DNA from: Eledone cirrhosa
Taxonomy: Eukaryota
DNA: 64,000 bases
NCBI GenBank assembly: GCA_964016885.1
Contig: OZ024740.1
Location: 12,958,001 to 13,022,000 of the forward strand
Direction of reading: 5' to 3'
In this document: in pieces, positions 1 through 12,790 of the stretch
Position numbering within the stretch: the first letter of the stretch is position 1
How the letters are laid out: every line of letters begins with the position of its first letter
Notes under the pieces: generated by a model
What the model saw: only the letters and a program-made list of their open reading frames with translations
What the model was told of the DNA's origin: nothing
Database searches by the model: none
Position numbers and translations under genes: made by a program

Positions 1-3000
1 TATTCTAATGTCTTGTCTCGAGTCTAATGTCTTGTCTCTAGTCTAATGTCTCTAGTCTAATGTCTTGTCTCAAGTCTAACGTCTGTAGTCTAATGTCTTG
101 TCTCTAGTCTAATGTCTTGTCTCTAGTCTAATGTCTTGTCTCTAGTCTAATGTATCTAGTCTAATGTCTTGTCTCTTGTGTAATGTCTTATCTCTAGTCT
201 AATGTCTCCAGTCTAATGGCTTGTCTCTAGTCTAATGTCTTGTATCTAGTCTAATGTCTTGTCTCTAGTCTAATGTCTCTAGTCTAATATTTTGTCTCTA
301 GTCTAATGTCTTGTCTGTAGTCTAATGTTTCTAGTCTAATGTCTCTAGTCTAATGTCTTGTCTCTAATCTAATGTCTCTAGTCTAACGTCTTATCTCTAG
401 TCTAGTGTCTCTAGTCTAATGTCTTGTCTCTAGCCTAATGTCTTGTCTCTAGTCTAATGTCTCTAGTCTAATGTTTCTTGTCTAATGTCTTGTCTCTAGT
501 CTAATGTCACTAGTCTAATGTCTCTAGTCTAATGTCTCCAGTCTAATGTCTCTATTCTAATGTCTTGTCTCTAGTCTAATGTCTCTAGTCTAATGTCTTG
601 TCTCTAGTCTAATATCTTGTCTCTAGTCTAATGTCTTGTCTCTAGTCTAATGTCTTGTCTCTAGTCTAATGTCCCTCGTCTAATGTCTTGTCTCTAGTCT
701 AATGTCTCTAGTCTAATGTCTTGTCTCTAGTCTAATGTCTTGTCTCTAGTCTAATGTCAGTAGTCTAATGTCTTGTCTCTAGTCTAATATCTTGTCTCTA
801 GTCTAATGTCTCTAGTCTAATGTCTTGTCTCTAGTCTAATGTCTTGTCTCTAATCTAATGTCTCTAGTCTAATGTCTTGTTTCTAGTGTAATGTCTCTAG
901 TCTAATGTCTTGTCTCTAGTCTAATGTCTTGTCTCTATTCTAATATCCCTGGTCTAATGTGTTGTCTCTAATCTAATGTCCCTAGTCTAATGTCTTGTTT
1001 CTAGTCTAATGTCTCTAGTCTAATGTCTCTAGTCTAATGTCTTGTCTCTAGTCTAATGTCTTGTCTCTAGTCTAACGTCTCTAGTCTAATGTCTTGTCTC
1101 TAGTCTAATGTCTTGTCTCTAGTCTAATGTCTTGTCTCTAGTCTGATGTCTTGTCTCTAGTATAATGTCTCGAGTCTAATATCTTGTCTCTAGTCTAATG
1201 TCTTGTCTCTTGTCTAATGACTTGTCTCTAGACTAATGTCTTGTCTCTAGTCTAATGTCTTGTCTCTAGTCTAATGTCTTGTATCTGTCTAATGTCTTGT
1301 CTCTAGTCTAATGTCTTGTCTCTAGTCTAATGTCTCTAGTCTAATGACTTGTCTCTAGACTAATGTCTTGTCTCTAGTCTAATGTCTTGTCTCTAGTCTA
1401 ATGTCTTGTATCTGTCTAATGTCTTGTCTCTAGTGTAATGTCTCTAGTCAAATGTCTTGTCTCTAGTTTAATGTCTTGTCTCTAGTCTAATGTCTCTAGT
1501 CTAATGACTTGTCTCTAGTCCAATGTCTTGTCTCTAGTCTAAAGTCTTGTCTCTAGTCTAATGTCTTGACTCTAGCCTAATGTCTTGTCTCTAGACTAAT
1601 GTCTCTAGTCTAATGTCTTGTCTCTAGTCTAATGTCTCTAGTCTAATGTCTCTAGTCTAATGTCTTGTCTCTAGTCTCATGTCTTGTCTCTAGTCTAATG
1701 TCTCTAGTCTAATGTCTTGTCTCTAGTCTAATGTCTTGTCCCTAGTCTAATTTCTTGTCTCTAGTCTAATGTCTTGTCTCTAGTCTAACGTTTTGTCTCT
1801 AGTCTAATATCTCTAGTCTAATGTCTTGTCTCTAGTTTCAGGACTTGTCTCTAGTCTAATGTCTTGTCTCTAGTCTTATACCTTGTCTCTAGTCTAATGT
1901 CTCTAGTCTAATGTCTTGTCTCTAGTCTAATGTCTTGTCTCTAGTCTATTGTCTCTAGTCGAATGTATTGTCTCTAGTCTAATATCTTGTCTCTAGTCTA
2001 ATATCTTGTCTCTTGTCTAATGTCTTATCTCAAGTCTACTGTTTCTAGTCTAATGTCTCTAGTCTAATGTCTTGTGTCTAGTCTAATGTCTGTAGTCTAA
2101 TGTCTTGTATCTAGTCTAAAGACTTGTCTCTAGTCTAATGTCTCTAGTCTAATGTCTTGTCTCTAATCTAATACCCCTAGTCTAATGTCTTGTCTCTAGT
2201 CTAATGTCTCTAGTCTAATGTCTTGTCTCTAGTCAAATATCTTGTCTCTAGTCTAATGTCTTGTCTCTAGTCTAATGTCTTGTCTCTAGTCTAATGTCCC
2301 TCGTCTAATGTCTTGTCTCTAGTCTAATGTCTCTAGTCTAATGTCTTGTCTCTAGTCTAATGTCTTGTCTCTATTCTAATGTCAGTAGTGTAATGTCTTG
2401 TCTCTAGTCTAATATCTTGTCTCTAGTCTAATGTCTCTAGTCTAATGTCTTGTCTCTAGTCTAATGTCTTGTCTCTAATCTAATGTCTCTAGTCTAATGT
2501 CTTGTTTCTAGTGTAATGTCTCTAGTGTAATGTCTTGTCTCTAGTCTAATGTCTTGTCTCTAGTCTAATGTCTTGTCTCTATTCTAATATACCTGTTCTA
2601 ATGTGTTGTCTCTAATCTAATGTCCCTAGTCTAATGTCTTGTTTCTAGTCTAATGTCTCTAGTCTAATGTCACTAGTCTAATGTCTTGTCTCTAGTCTAA
2701 TGTCTTGTCTCTAGTCTAACGTCTCTAGTCTAATGTCTTGTCTCTAGTCTAATGTCTTGTCTCTAATCTAATGTCTCTAGTCTAATGTCTTGTCTCGAGT
2801 CTAATGTCTTGTCTCTAGTCTAATGTATCTAGACTAATGTCTTGTCTCTAGTCTAATGTCTCTAGTCTAATGTCTTGTCTCTAGTCTAATGTCTTGTCTC
2901 TAATCTAATGTCTCTAGTCTAATGGCTTGTCTCTAGTCTAATGTCTCTAGTCTAATGTCTTGTCTCTAGTCTAATGTATCTAGACTAATGTCTTGTCTCT

Positions 3001-4219
3001 AGTCTAATGTCTTGTCTAATGTCTAACGTCTCTAGTCTAATGTCTTGTTTCTAGTCTAATGTCTTGTCTCTAGTCTAATGTTTTGTCTCTAGTCTAATAT
3101 CTCTAGTCTAATGTCTTGTCTCGAGTCTAATGTCTCTAGTCTAATGTCTTGTCTCTAGTCTAAAGTCTTGTCTCTAGTCTAATGATTGTCTCTAGTCTAA
3201 TGTCTCTAGTCTAATGTCTTGTCTCTAGTCTAATGTCTTGTCTCTAGTCGAATGTCGTGTCTCTAGTCTCATGTCTTGTCTCTAGTCTAACGTTTTATCT
3301 TTAGTCTAATATCTCTAGTCTAATGTCTTGTCTCTAGTTTCCTGTCTTGTCTCTAGTCTAATGTCTTGTCTCTAGTCTAATGACTTGTCTCTAGACTAAT
3401 GTCTTGTCTCTAGTCTAATGTCTTGTCTCTAGTCTAATGTCTTGTCTCTAGTCTAATGTCTTGAATCTAGTCTAATGTCTTGTCTCTAGTGTAATGTCTC
3501 TAGTCAAATGTCTTGTCTCTAGTCTAATGTCTTGTCTCGAGTCTAATGTCTCTAGTCTAATGTCTTGTCTCTAGTCTAATGTCTTGTCCCTAGTCTAAAG
3601 TCTCTAGTGTAATGTCTTGTCTTTAATCTAATGTCTTGTCTCTAGTTTAATGTCTTGTCTCTAGTCCAATGTCTTGTCTCTAGTCTAAAGTATTGTCTCT
3701 AGTCTAATGTCTTGACTCTAGCCTAATGTCTTGTCTGTAGACTAATGTCTCTAGTCTAATGTTTGTCTCTAGTCTAATGTCTCTAGTCTAATGTCTCTAG
3801 TCTAATGTCTTGTCTCTAGTCTCATGTCTTGTCTCTAGTCTAATGTCTCTAGTCTAATGTCTTGTCTCTAGTCTGATGTCTTGTCCCTAGTCTAATTTCT
3901 TGTCTCTAGTCTCATGTCTTGTCTCTAGTCTAACGTTTTGTCTCTAGTCTAATATCTCTAGTCTAATGTCTTGTCTCTAGTTTCATGTCTTGTCTCTAGT
4001 CTAATGTCTTGTCTCTAGTCTTATATCTTGTCTCTAGTCTAATGTCTCTAGTTTAATGTCTTGTCTCTAGTCTAATGTCTCTAGTCTAATGTCTTGTCTC
4101 TAGTCTAATGTCTTGTCTCTAGTCTATTGTCTCTAGTCGAATGTATTGTCTCTAGTCTAATATCATGTCTCTAGTCTAATATCTTGTCTCTTGTCTAATG
4201 TCTTGTCTCTAGTCTAATG

Positions 4220-7200
4220 TCTCTAGTCTAATGTCTCTAGTCTAATGTCTTGTGTCTAGTCTAATGTCTGTAGTCTAATGTCTTGTATCTAGTCTAAAGT
4301 CTTGTCTCTAGTCTAATGTCTCTAGTCTAATGTCTTGTCTCTAATCTAATACCCCTAGTCTAATGTCTTGTCTCTAGTCTAATGTCTCTAGTCTAATGTC
4401 TTGTCTCTAGTCTAATATCTTGTCTCTAGTCTAATGTCTTGTCTCTAGTCTAATGTCTTGTCTCTAGTCTAATGTCCCTCGTCTAATGTCTTGTCTCTAG
4501 TCTAATGTCTCTAGTCTAATGTCTTGTCTCTAGTCTAATGTCTTGTCTCTAGCCTAATGTCAGTAGTCTAATGTCTTGTCTCTAGTCTAATATCTTGTCT
4601 CTAGTCTAATGTCTCTAGTCTAATGTCTTGTCTCTAGTCTAATGTCTTGTCTCTAATCTAATGTCTCTAGTCTAATGTCTTGTTTCTAGTGTAATGTCTC
4701 TAGTCTAATGTCATGTCTCTAGTCTAATGTCTTGTCTCTAGTCTAATGTCTTGTCTCTATTCTAATATCCCTGGTCTAATGTGTTGTCTCTAATCTAATG
4801 TCTCTAGTCTAATGTCTTGTTTCTAGTCTAACGTCTCTAGTCTAATGTCTTGTCTCTAGTCTAATGTCTTGTCTCTAATCTAATGTCTCTAGTCTAATGT
4901 CTTGTCTCGAGTCTAATGTCTTGTCTCTAGTCTAATGTATCTAGACTAATGTCTTGTCTCTAGTCTAATGTCTCTAGTCTAATGTCTTGTCTCTAGTCTA
5001 ATGTCTTGTCTCTAATCTAATGTCTCTAGTCTAATGTCTTGTCTCTAGTCTAATGTCTCTAATCTAATGTCTTGTCTCTAGTCTAATGTATCTAGACTAA
5101 TGTCTTGTCACTAGTCTAATGTCTTGTCTAATGTCTAACGTCTCTAGTCTAATGTCTTGTCTCTAGTCTATTGTCTTGTCTCTAGTCTAATGTTTTGTCT
5201 CTAGTCTAATATCTCTAGTCTAATGTCTTGTCTCGAGTCTAATGTCTCTAGTCTAATGTCTTGTCTCTAGTCTAAAGTCTTGTCTCTAGTCTAATGCCTT
5301 GTCTCTAGTCTAATGTATCTAGACTAATGTCTTGTCTCTAGTCTAATGTCTTGTCTCTAGTCTAATGTCTCTAGTCTAATGTCTAGTCTCTAGTCTAATG
5401 TCTTGTCTCTAGTCTAATGTATATAGTCTAATGTCTTGTCTCTTGTGTAATGTCTTATCTCTAGTCTAATGTCTTGTCTCTAATCTAATGTCTCTAGTCT
5501 AATGTCTTGTCTCTAGTCTAACGTCTTGTCTCTATTCTAATGTATCTAGTCTAATGTCTTGTCTCTAGTCTAATATATTGTTTCTAGTCTAATGTCTCTA
5601 GTATAATGTCTTGTCTCTAGGCTAATGTCTCTAGTTTAATGTCTTCTCTCTTGTCTAATGACTTGTCTCTAGTCTAATGTCTTTAGTCTAATGTCTCTAG
5701 TCTAATGTCTTGTCTCTATTCTAATGTCTTGTCTCTAGTCTAATGTCTCTAGTCTAATGTCTTGTCTCTAGCCTAATGTCTCGTCTCTAGTGTAATGTCC
5801 CTAGTCTATCTAGTCTAATGTCTCTAGTCTAATGTCTCTAGTCTAATGTCTTGTGTCTAGTCTAATGTCTGTAGTCTAATGTCTTGTATCTAGTCTAAAG
5901 TCTTGTCTCTAGTCTAATGTCTCTAGTCTAATGTCTTGTCTCTAATCTAATACCCCTAGTCTAATGTCTTGTCTCTAGTCTAATGTCTCTAGTCTAATGT
6001 CTTGTCTCTAGTCTAATATCTTGTCTCTAGTCTAATGTCTTGTCTCTAGTCTAATGTCTTGTCTCTAGTCTAATGTCCCTCGTCTAATGTCTTGTCTCTA
6101 GTCTAATGTCTCTAGTCTAATGTCTTGTCTCTAGTCTAATGTCTTGTCTCTAGCCTAATGTCAGTAGTCTAATGTCTTGTCTCTAGTCTAATATCTTGTC
6201 TCTAGTCTAATGTCTCTAGTCTAATGTCTTGTCTCTAGTCTAATGTCTTGTCTCTAATCTAATGTCTCTAGTCTAATGTCTTGTTTCTAGTGTAAAATCT
6301 CTAGTCTAATGTCATGTCTCTAGTCTAATGTCTTGTCTCTAGTGTAATGTCTTGTCTCTATTCTAATATCCCTGGTCTAATGTGTTGTCTCTAATCTAAT
6401 GTCTCTAGTCTAATGTCTTGTTTCTAGTCTAATGTCTCTAGTCTAATGTCTTGTCTCTAGTCTAATGTCTTGTCTCTAGTCTAACGTCTCTAGTCTAATG
6501 TCTTGTCTCTAGTCTAATGTCTTGTCTCTAATCTAATGTCTCTAGTCTAATGTCTTGTCTCGAGTCTAATGTCTTGTCTCTAGTCTAATGTATCTAGACT
6601 AATGTCTTGTCTCTAGTCTAATGTCTCTAGTCTAATGTCTTGTCTCTAGTCTAATGTCTTGTCTCTAATCTAATGTCTCTAGTCTAATGTCTTGTCTCTA
6701 GTCTAATGTCTCTAATCTAATGTCTTGTCTCTAGTCTAATGTATCTAGACTAATGTCTTGTCACTAGTCTAATGTCTTGTCTAATGTCTAACGTCTCTAG
6801 TCTAATGTCTTGTCTCTAGTCTATTGTCTTGTCTCTAGTCTAATGTTTTGTCTCTAGTCTAATATCTCTAGTCTAATGTCTTGTCTCGAGTCTAATGTCT
6901 CTAGTCTAATGTCTTGTCTCTAGTCTAAAGTCTTGTCTCTAGTCTAATGCCTTGTCTCTAGTCTAATGTATCTAGACTAATGTCTTGTCTCTAGTCTAAT
7001 GTCTTGTCTCTAGTCTAATGTCTCTAGTCTAATGTCTAGTCTCTAGTCTAATGTCTTGTCTCTAGTCTAATGTATATAGTCTAATGTCTTGTCTCTTGTG
7101 TAATGTCTTATCTCTAGACTAATGTCTTGTCTCTAATCTAATGTCTCTAGTCTAATGTCTTGTCTCTAGTCTAACGTCTTGTCTCTATTCTAATGTATCT

Positions 7201-7480
7201 AGTCTAATGTCTTGTCTCTAGTCTAATATATTGTTTCTAGTCTAATGTCTCTAGTATAATGTCTTGTCTCTAGGCTAATGTCTCTAGTTTAATGTCTTCT
7301 CTCTTGTCTAATGACTTGTCTCTAGTCTAATGTCTTTAGTCTAATGTCTCTAGTCTAATGTCTTGTCTCTATTCTAATGTCTTGTCTCTAGTCTAATGTC
7401 TCTAGTCTAATGTCTTGTCTCTAGCCTAATGTCTCGTCTCTAGTGTAATGTCCCTAGTCTATCTAGTCTAATGTCTCTAG
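4220..7480 (+). repeat. Tandem higher-order duplication, period ~1.60-1.65 kb
   Basis: The GCCTAATGTCAGTAG marker (GTCAG at 4559 and 6160) has offset 1601. CTAGTCTATCTAG at 5801 and 7454 has offset 1653. The 52-bp difference equals 19+19+14. Confidence 0.85.
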
Positions 7481-10400
7481 GCTAATGTCTTGTCTCTAGT
7501 CTAATGTTACTAATCTAATGTCTTTTGGCTAGTCAAATGTCTCTAGTCTAATGTCTTGACTCTAGTCTAATGTCGCTAGTCTAATGTCTTGTCTCTAGTC
7601 TAATGTCTCTAGTCTAATGTCTTGTCTCTGGTCTAAAGTCTTGTCTCTAGTCTAATGCCTTGTCTCTAGTCTAATGTATCTAGATTAATGTCTTGTCTCT
7701 AGTCTAATGTCTTGTCTCTAGTCTAATGTCTCTAGTCTAATGTCTTGTCTCTAGTCTAATGTCTTGTCTCTAGTCTAATGTATATAGTCTAATGTCTTGT
7801 CTATTGTGTAATGTCTTATCTCTAGTCTAATGTCTTGTCTCTAATCTAATGTCTCTAGTCTAATGTCTTGTCTCTAGTCTAACGTCTTGTCTCTAATCTA
7901 ATGTATCTAGTCTAATGTCTTGTCTCTAGTCTAATATCTTGTCTCTAGTCTAATATATTGTTTCTAGTCTAATGTCTCTAGTATAATGTCTTGTCTCTAG
8001 GCTAATGTCTCTAGTTTAATGTCTTCTCTCTTGTCTAATGACTTGTCTCTAGTCTAATGTCTTCGGTCTAATGTCTCTAGTCTAATGTCTTGTCTCTAGT
8101 CTAATGTCTTGTCTCTAGTCTAATGTCTCTAGTCTAATGTCTCGTCTCTAGTGTAATGTCCCTAGTCTATCTAGTCTAATGTCTCTAGGCTAATGTCTTG
8201 TCTCTAGTCTAATGTTACTAATCTAATGTCTTTTGGCTAGTCAAATGTCTCTAGTCTAATGTCTTGACTCTAGTCTAATGTCGCTAGTCTAATGTCTTGT
8301 CTCTAGTCTAATGTCTCTAGTCTAATGTCTTGTCTCTAGTCTAATGTATTGTCCCTAGTCTAATACCTCTAGTCTAATGTCTTGTCTCTAGTCTAATGTC
8401 TTGTCTCTAGTCTAATGTCTTGTCTCTAGTATAATGTCTCGAGTCTAATATCTTGTCTCTAGTCTAATGTCTTGTCTCTAGTCTAATGCCTTGTCTCTAG
8501 ACTAATGTCTTGTCTCTAGTCTAATGTCTTGTCTCTAGTCTAATGTCTTGTCTCTAGTCTAATGTCTAGAATCTAGTCTAATGTCTTCTCTCTAGTGTAA
8601 TGTCTCTAGTCAAATGTCTTGTCTCTAGTCTAATGTCTTGTCTCTAGTCTAATGTCTTGTCTCTAGTCTAATGTCTTGTCCCTAGTCTAAAGTCTCTAGT
8701 GTAATGTCTTGTCTTTAATCTAATGTCTTGTCTCTAGTTTAATGTCTTGTCTCTAGTCTAATGTCTCTAGTCTAATGACTTGCCTCTAGTCCAATGTCTT
8801 GTCTCTAGTCTAATGTCTTGTCTCTAGTCTAATGTCTTGACTCTAGCCTAATGTCTTGTCTCTAGACTAATGTCTCTAGTCTCATGTCTTGTCTCTAGTC
8901 TAATGTCTCTAGTCTAATGTCTTGTCTCTAGTCTAATGTCTTGTCCCTAGTCTAATGTCTTGTCTCTAGTCTCATGTCTTGTCTCTAGTCTAATGTCTCT
9001 AGTCTAATGTCTTGTCTCTAGTCTAATGTCTTGTCCCTAGTCTAATGTCTTGTCCCTAGTCTAATGTCTTGTCTCTAGTCTAATGTACTGTCTCTAGTCT
9101 AATTTCTTGTCTCTAGTCTAATGTCTTGTCTCTAGTCTAATGTCTTGTCTCTAGTCTAATGTCTCTAGTCTAATGTCTCTAGTCTAATGTCTCTAGTCTA
9201 ATGTCTTGTCTCTAGTCTAATGTCTTGTCTCTAGTCGAATGTCTTGTCTCTAGTCTAATGTCTTGTCTCTAGTCTCATGTCGTGTCTCTAGTCTCATGTC
9301 TAGTCTCTAGTCTAACGTTTTATCTCTAGTCTAATAGCTCTAGTCTAATGTCTTGTCTCTAGTTTCATGTCTTGTCTCTAGTCTAATGTCTTGTCTCAAG
9401 TCTAATGACTTGTCTCTAGTCTAATGTCTTGAATCTAGTCTAATGTCTTCTCTCTAGTGTAATGTCTCTAGTCAAATGTCTTGTCTCTAGTCTAATGTCT
9501 TGTCTCTAGTCTAATGTCTCTAGTCTAATGTCTTGTCTCTAGTCCAATGTCTTGTCTCTAGTCTAAAGTATTGTTTCTAGTCTAATGTCTTGACTCTAGC
9601 CTAATGTCTTGTCTCTAGACTAATGTCTCTAGTCTAATGTTTGTCTCTAGTCTCATGTCTTGTCTCTAGTCTAATGTCTCTAGTCTAATGTCTTGTCTCT
9701 AGTCTCATGTCTTGTCTCTAGTCTAATGTCTCTAGTCTAATGTCTTGTCTCTGTCTAATGTCTTGTCCCTAGTCTAATTTCTTGTCTCTAGTCTAATGTC
9801 TTGTCTCTAGTCTAACGTCTTGTCTCTAGTCTAATGTCTTGTCTCTAGTTTCATGTCTTGTCTCTAGTCTAATGTCTTGTCTCTAGTCTTATATCTTGTC
9901 TCTAGTCTAATGTCTCTAGTTTAATGTCTTGTCTCTAGTCTAATGTCTCTAGTCTAATGTCTTGTCTCTAGTCTAATGTCTTGTCTCTAGTCTAATGTCT
10001 TGTCTCTAGTCTATTGTCTCTAGTCGAATGTATTGTCTCTAGTCTAATATCATGTCTCTAGTCTAATATCTTGTCTCTTGTCTAATGTCTTGTCTCTAGT
10101 CTAATGTCTCTAGTCTAATGTCTCTAGTCTAATGTCTTGTGTCTAGTCTAATGTCTGTAGTCTAATGTCTTGTATCTAGTCTAAAGTCTTGTCTCTAGTC
10201 TAATGTCTCTAGTCTAATGTCTTGTCTCTAGTCTAATATCTTGTCTCTAGTCTAATGTCTTGTCTCTAGTCTAATGTCTTGTCTCTAGTCTAATGTCCCT
10301 CGTCTAATGTCTTGTCTCTAGTCTAATGTCTCTAGACTAATGTCTTGTCTCTAGTCTAATGTCTTGTCTCTAGCCTAATGTCAGTAGTCTAATGTCTTGT

Positions 10401-12790
10401 CTCTAGTCTAATATCTTGTCTCTAGTCTAATGTCTCTAGTCTAATGTCTTGTCTCTAGTCTAATGTCTTGTCTCTAATCTAATGTCTCTAGTCTAATGTC
10501 TTGTTTCTAGTGTAATGTCTCTAGTCTAATGTCATGTCTCTAGTCTAATGTCTTGTCTCTAGTCTAATGTCTTGTCTCTATTCTAATATCCCTGGTCTAA
10601 TGTGTTGTCTCTAATCTAATGTCTCTAGTCTAATGTCTTGTTTCTAGTCTAATGTCTCTAGTCTAATGTCTTGTCTCTAGTCTAACGTCTCTAGTCTAAT
10701 GTCTTGTCTCTAGTCTAATGTCTTGTCTCTAATCTAATGTCTCTAGTCTAATGTCTTGTCTCGAGTCTAATGTCTTGTCTCTAGTCTAATGTATCTAGAC
10801 TAATGTCTTGTCTCTAGTCTAATGTCTCTAGTCTAATGTCTTGTCTCTAGTCTAATGTCTTGTCTCTAATCTAATGTCTCTAGTCTAATGTCTTGTCTCT
10901 AGTCTAATGTCTCTAGTCTAATGTCTTGTCTCTAGTCTAATGTATCTAGACTAATGTCTTGTCTCTAGTGTAATGTCTTGTCTAATGTCTAACGTCTCTA
11001 GTCTAATGTCTTGTCTCTAGTCTAATGTCTTGTCTCTAGTCTAATGTTTTGTCTCTAGTCTAATGTCTCTAGTCTAATGTCTTGTCTCGAGTCTAATGTC
11101 TCTAGTCTAATGTCTTGTCTCTAGTCTAAAGTCTTGTCTCTAGTCTAATGCCTTGTCTCTAGTCTAATGTATCTAGACTAATGTCTTGTCTCTAGTCTAA
11201 TGTCTTGTCTCTAGTCTAATGTCTCTAGTCTAATGTCTTGACTCTAGTCTAATGTCTTGTCTCTAGTCTAATGTCTTGTCTCTAGTCTAATGTATATAGT
11301 CTAATGTCTTGTCTCTTGTGTAATGTCTTATCTCTAGTCTAATGTCTTGTCTCTAATCTAATGTCTCTAGTCTAATGTCTTGTCTATAGTCTAACGTCTT
11401 GTCTCTATTCTAATGTATCTAGTCTAATGTCTTGTCTCTAGTCTAATATATTGTTTCTAGTCTAATGTCTCTAGTATAATGTCTTGTCTCTAGGCTAATG
11501 TCTCTAGTTTAATGTCTTCTCTCTTGTCTAATGACTTGTCTCTAGTCTAATGTCTTTAGTCTAATGTCTCTAGTCTAATGTCTTGTCTCTATTCTAATGT
11601 CTTGTCTCTAGTCTAATGTCTCTAGTCTAATGTCTTGTCTCTAGCCTAATGTCTCGTCTCTAGTGTAATGTCCCTAGTCTATCTAGTCTAATGTCTCTAG
11701 GCTAATGTCTTGTCTCTAGTCTAATGTTACTAATCTAATGTCTTTTGGCTAGTCAAATGTCTCTAGTCTAATGTCTTGACTCTAGTCTAATGTCGCTAGT
11801 CTAATGTCTTGTCTCTAGTCTAATGTCTCTAGTCTAATGTCTTGTCTCTAGTCTAAAGTCTTGTCTCTAGTCTAATGCCTTGTCTCTAGTCTAATGTATC
11901 TAGACTAATGTCTTGTCTCTAGTCTAATGTCTTGTCTCTAGTCTAATGTCTCTAGTCTAATGTCTTGTCTCTAGTCTAATGTCTTGTCTCTAGTCTAATG
12001 TATATAGTCTAATGTCTTGTCTCTTGTGTAATGTCTTATCTCTAGTCTAATGTCTTGTCTCTAATCTAATGTCTCTAGTCTAATGTCTTGTCTCTAATCT
12101 AACGTCTTGTCTCTATTCTAATGTATCTAGTCTAATGTCTTGTCTCTAGTCTAATATCTTGTCTCTAGTCTAATATATTGTTTCTAGTCTAATGTCTCTA
12201 GTATAATGTCTTGTCTCTAGGCTAATGTCTCTAGTTTAATGTCTTCTCTCTTGTCTAATGACTTGTCTCTAGTCTAATGTCTTTGGTCTAATGTCTCTAG
12301 TCTAATATCTTGTCTCTAGTCTAATGTCTTGTCTCTAGTCTAATGTCTCTAGTCTAATGTCTTGTCTCTAGGCTAATGTCTCGTCTCTAGTGTAATGTCC
12401 CTAGTCTATCTAGTCTAATGTCTCTAGTCTAATGTCTTGTCTCTAGTCTAATGTTACTAATCTAATGTCTTTTGGCTAGTCAAATGTCTCTAGTCTAATG
12501 TCTTGACTCTAGTCTAATGTCGCTAGTCTAATGTCTTGTCTCTAGTCTAATGTCTCTAGTCTAATGTCTTGTCCCTAGTCTAATACCTCTAGTCTAATGT
12601 CTTGTCTCTAGTCTAATGTCTTTTCTCTAGTCTAATGTCTTGTCTCTAGTATAATGTCTCGAGTCTAATATCTTGTCTCTAGTCTAATGTCTTGTCTCTA
12701 GTCTAATGTCTTGTCTCTAGACTAATGTCTTGTCTCTAGTCTAATCTCTTGTCTCTAGTCTAATGTCTTGTCTCAAGTCTAATGTCTTGT
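5820..12790 (+). repeat. Larger duplication with offset ~4.22 kb (about 5.8-8.5 kb repeated at about 10.1-12.8 kb), containing an internal ~0.71-0.73 kb duplication
   Basis: GTCAGTAG at 6160/10380 and CTAATGTTAC at 7501/11721 both give offset 4220. CTAGTCTATC at 8162/12401 gives 4239, which is one extra 19-mer. The internal pairs are 7454/8162 and 11674/12401. Confidence 0.8.

Noticed and set aside
2820-2840. Local inverted repeat around the TCTAGACTAA variant (AGTCTA...TAGACT)
   Set aside because: A single T>A change creates a short 6-7 bp stem. It is too weak and expected by chance near the CTAG palindrome, and is not a terminator or element end.
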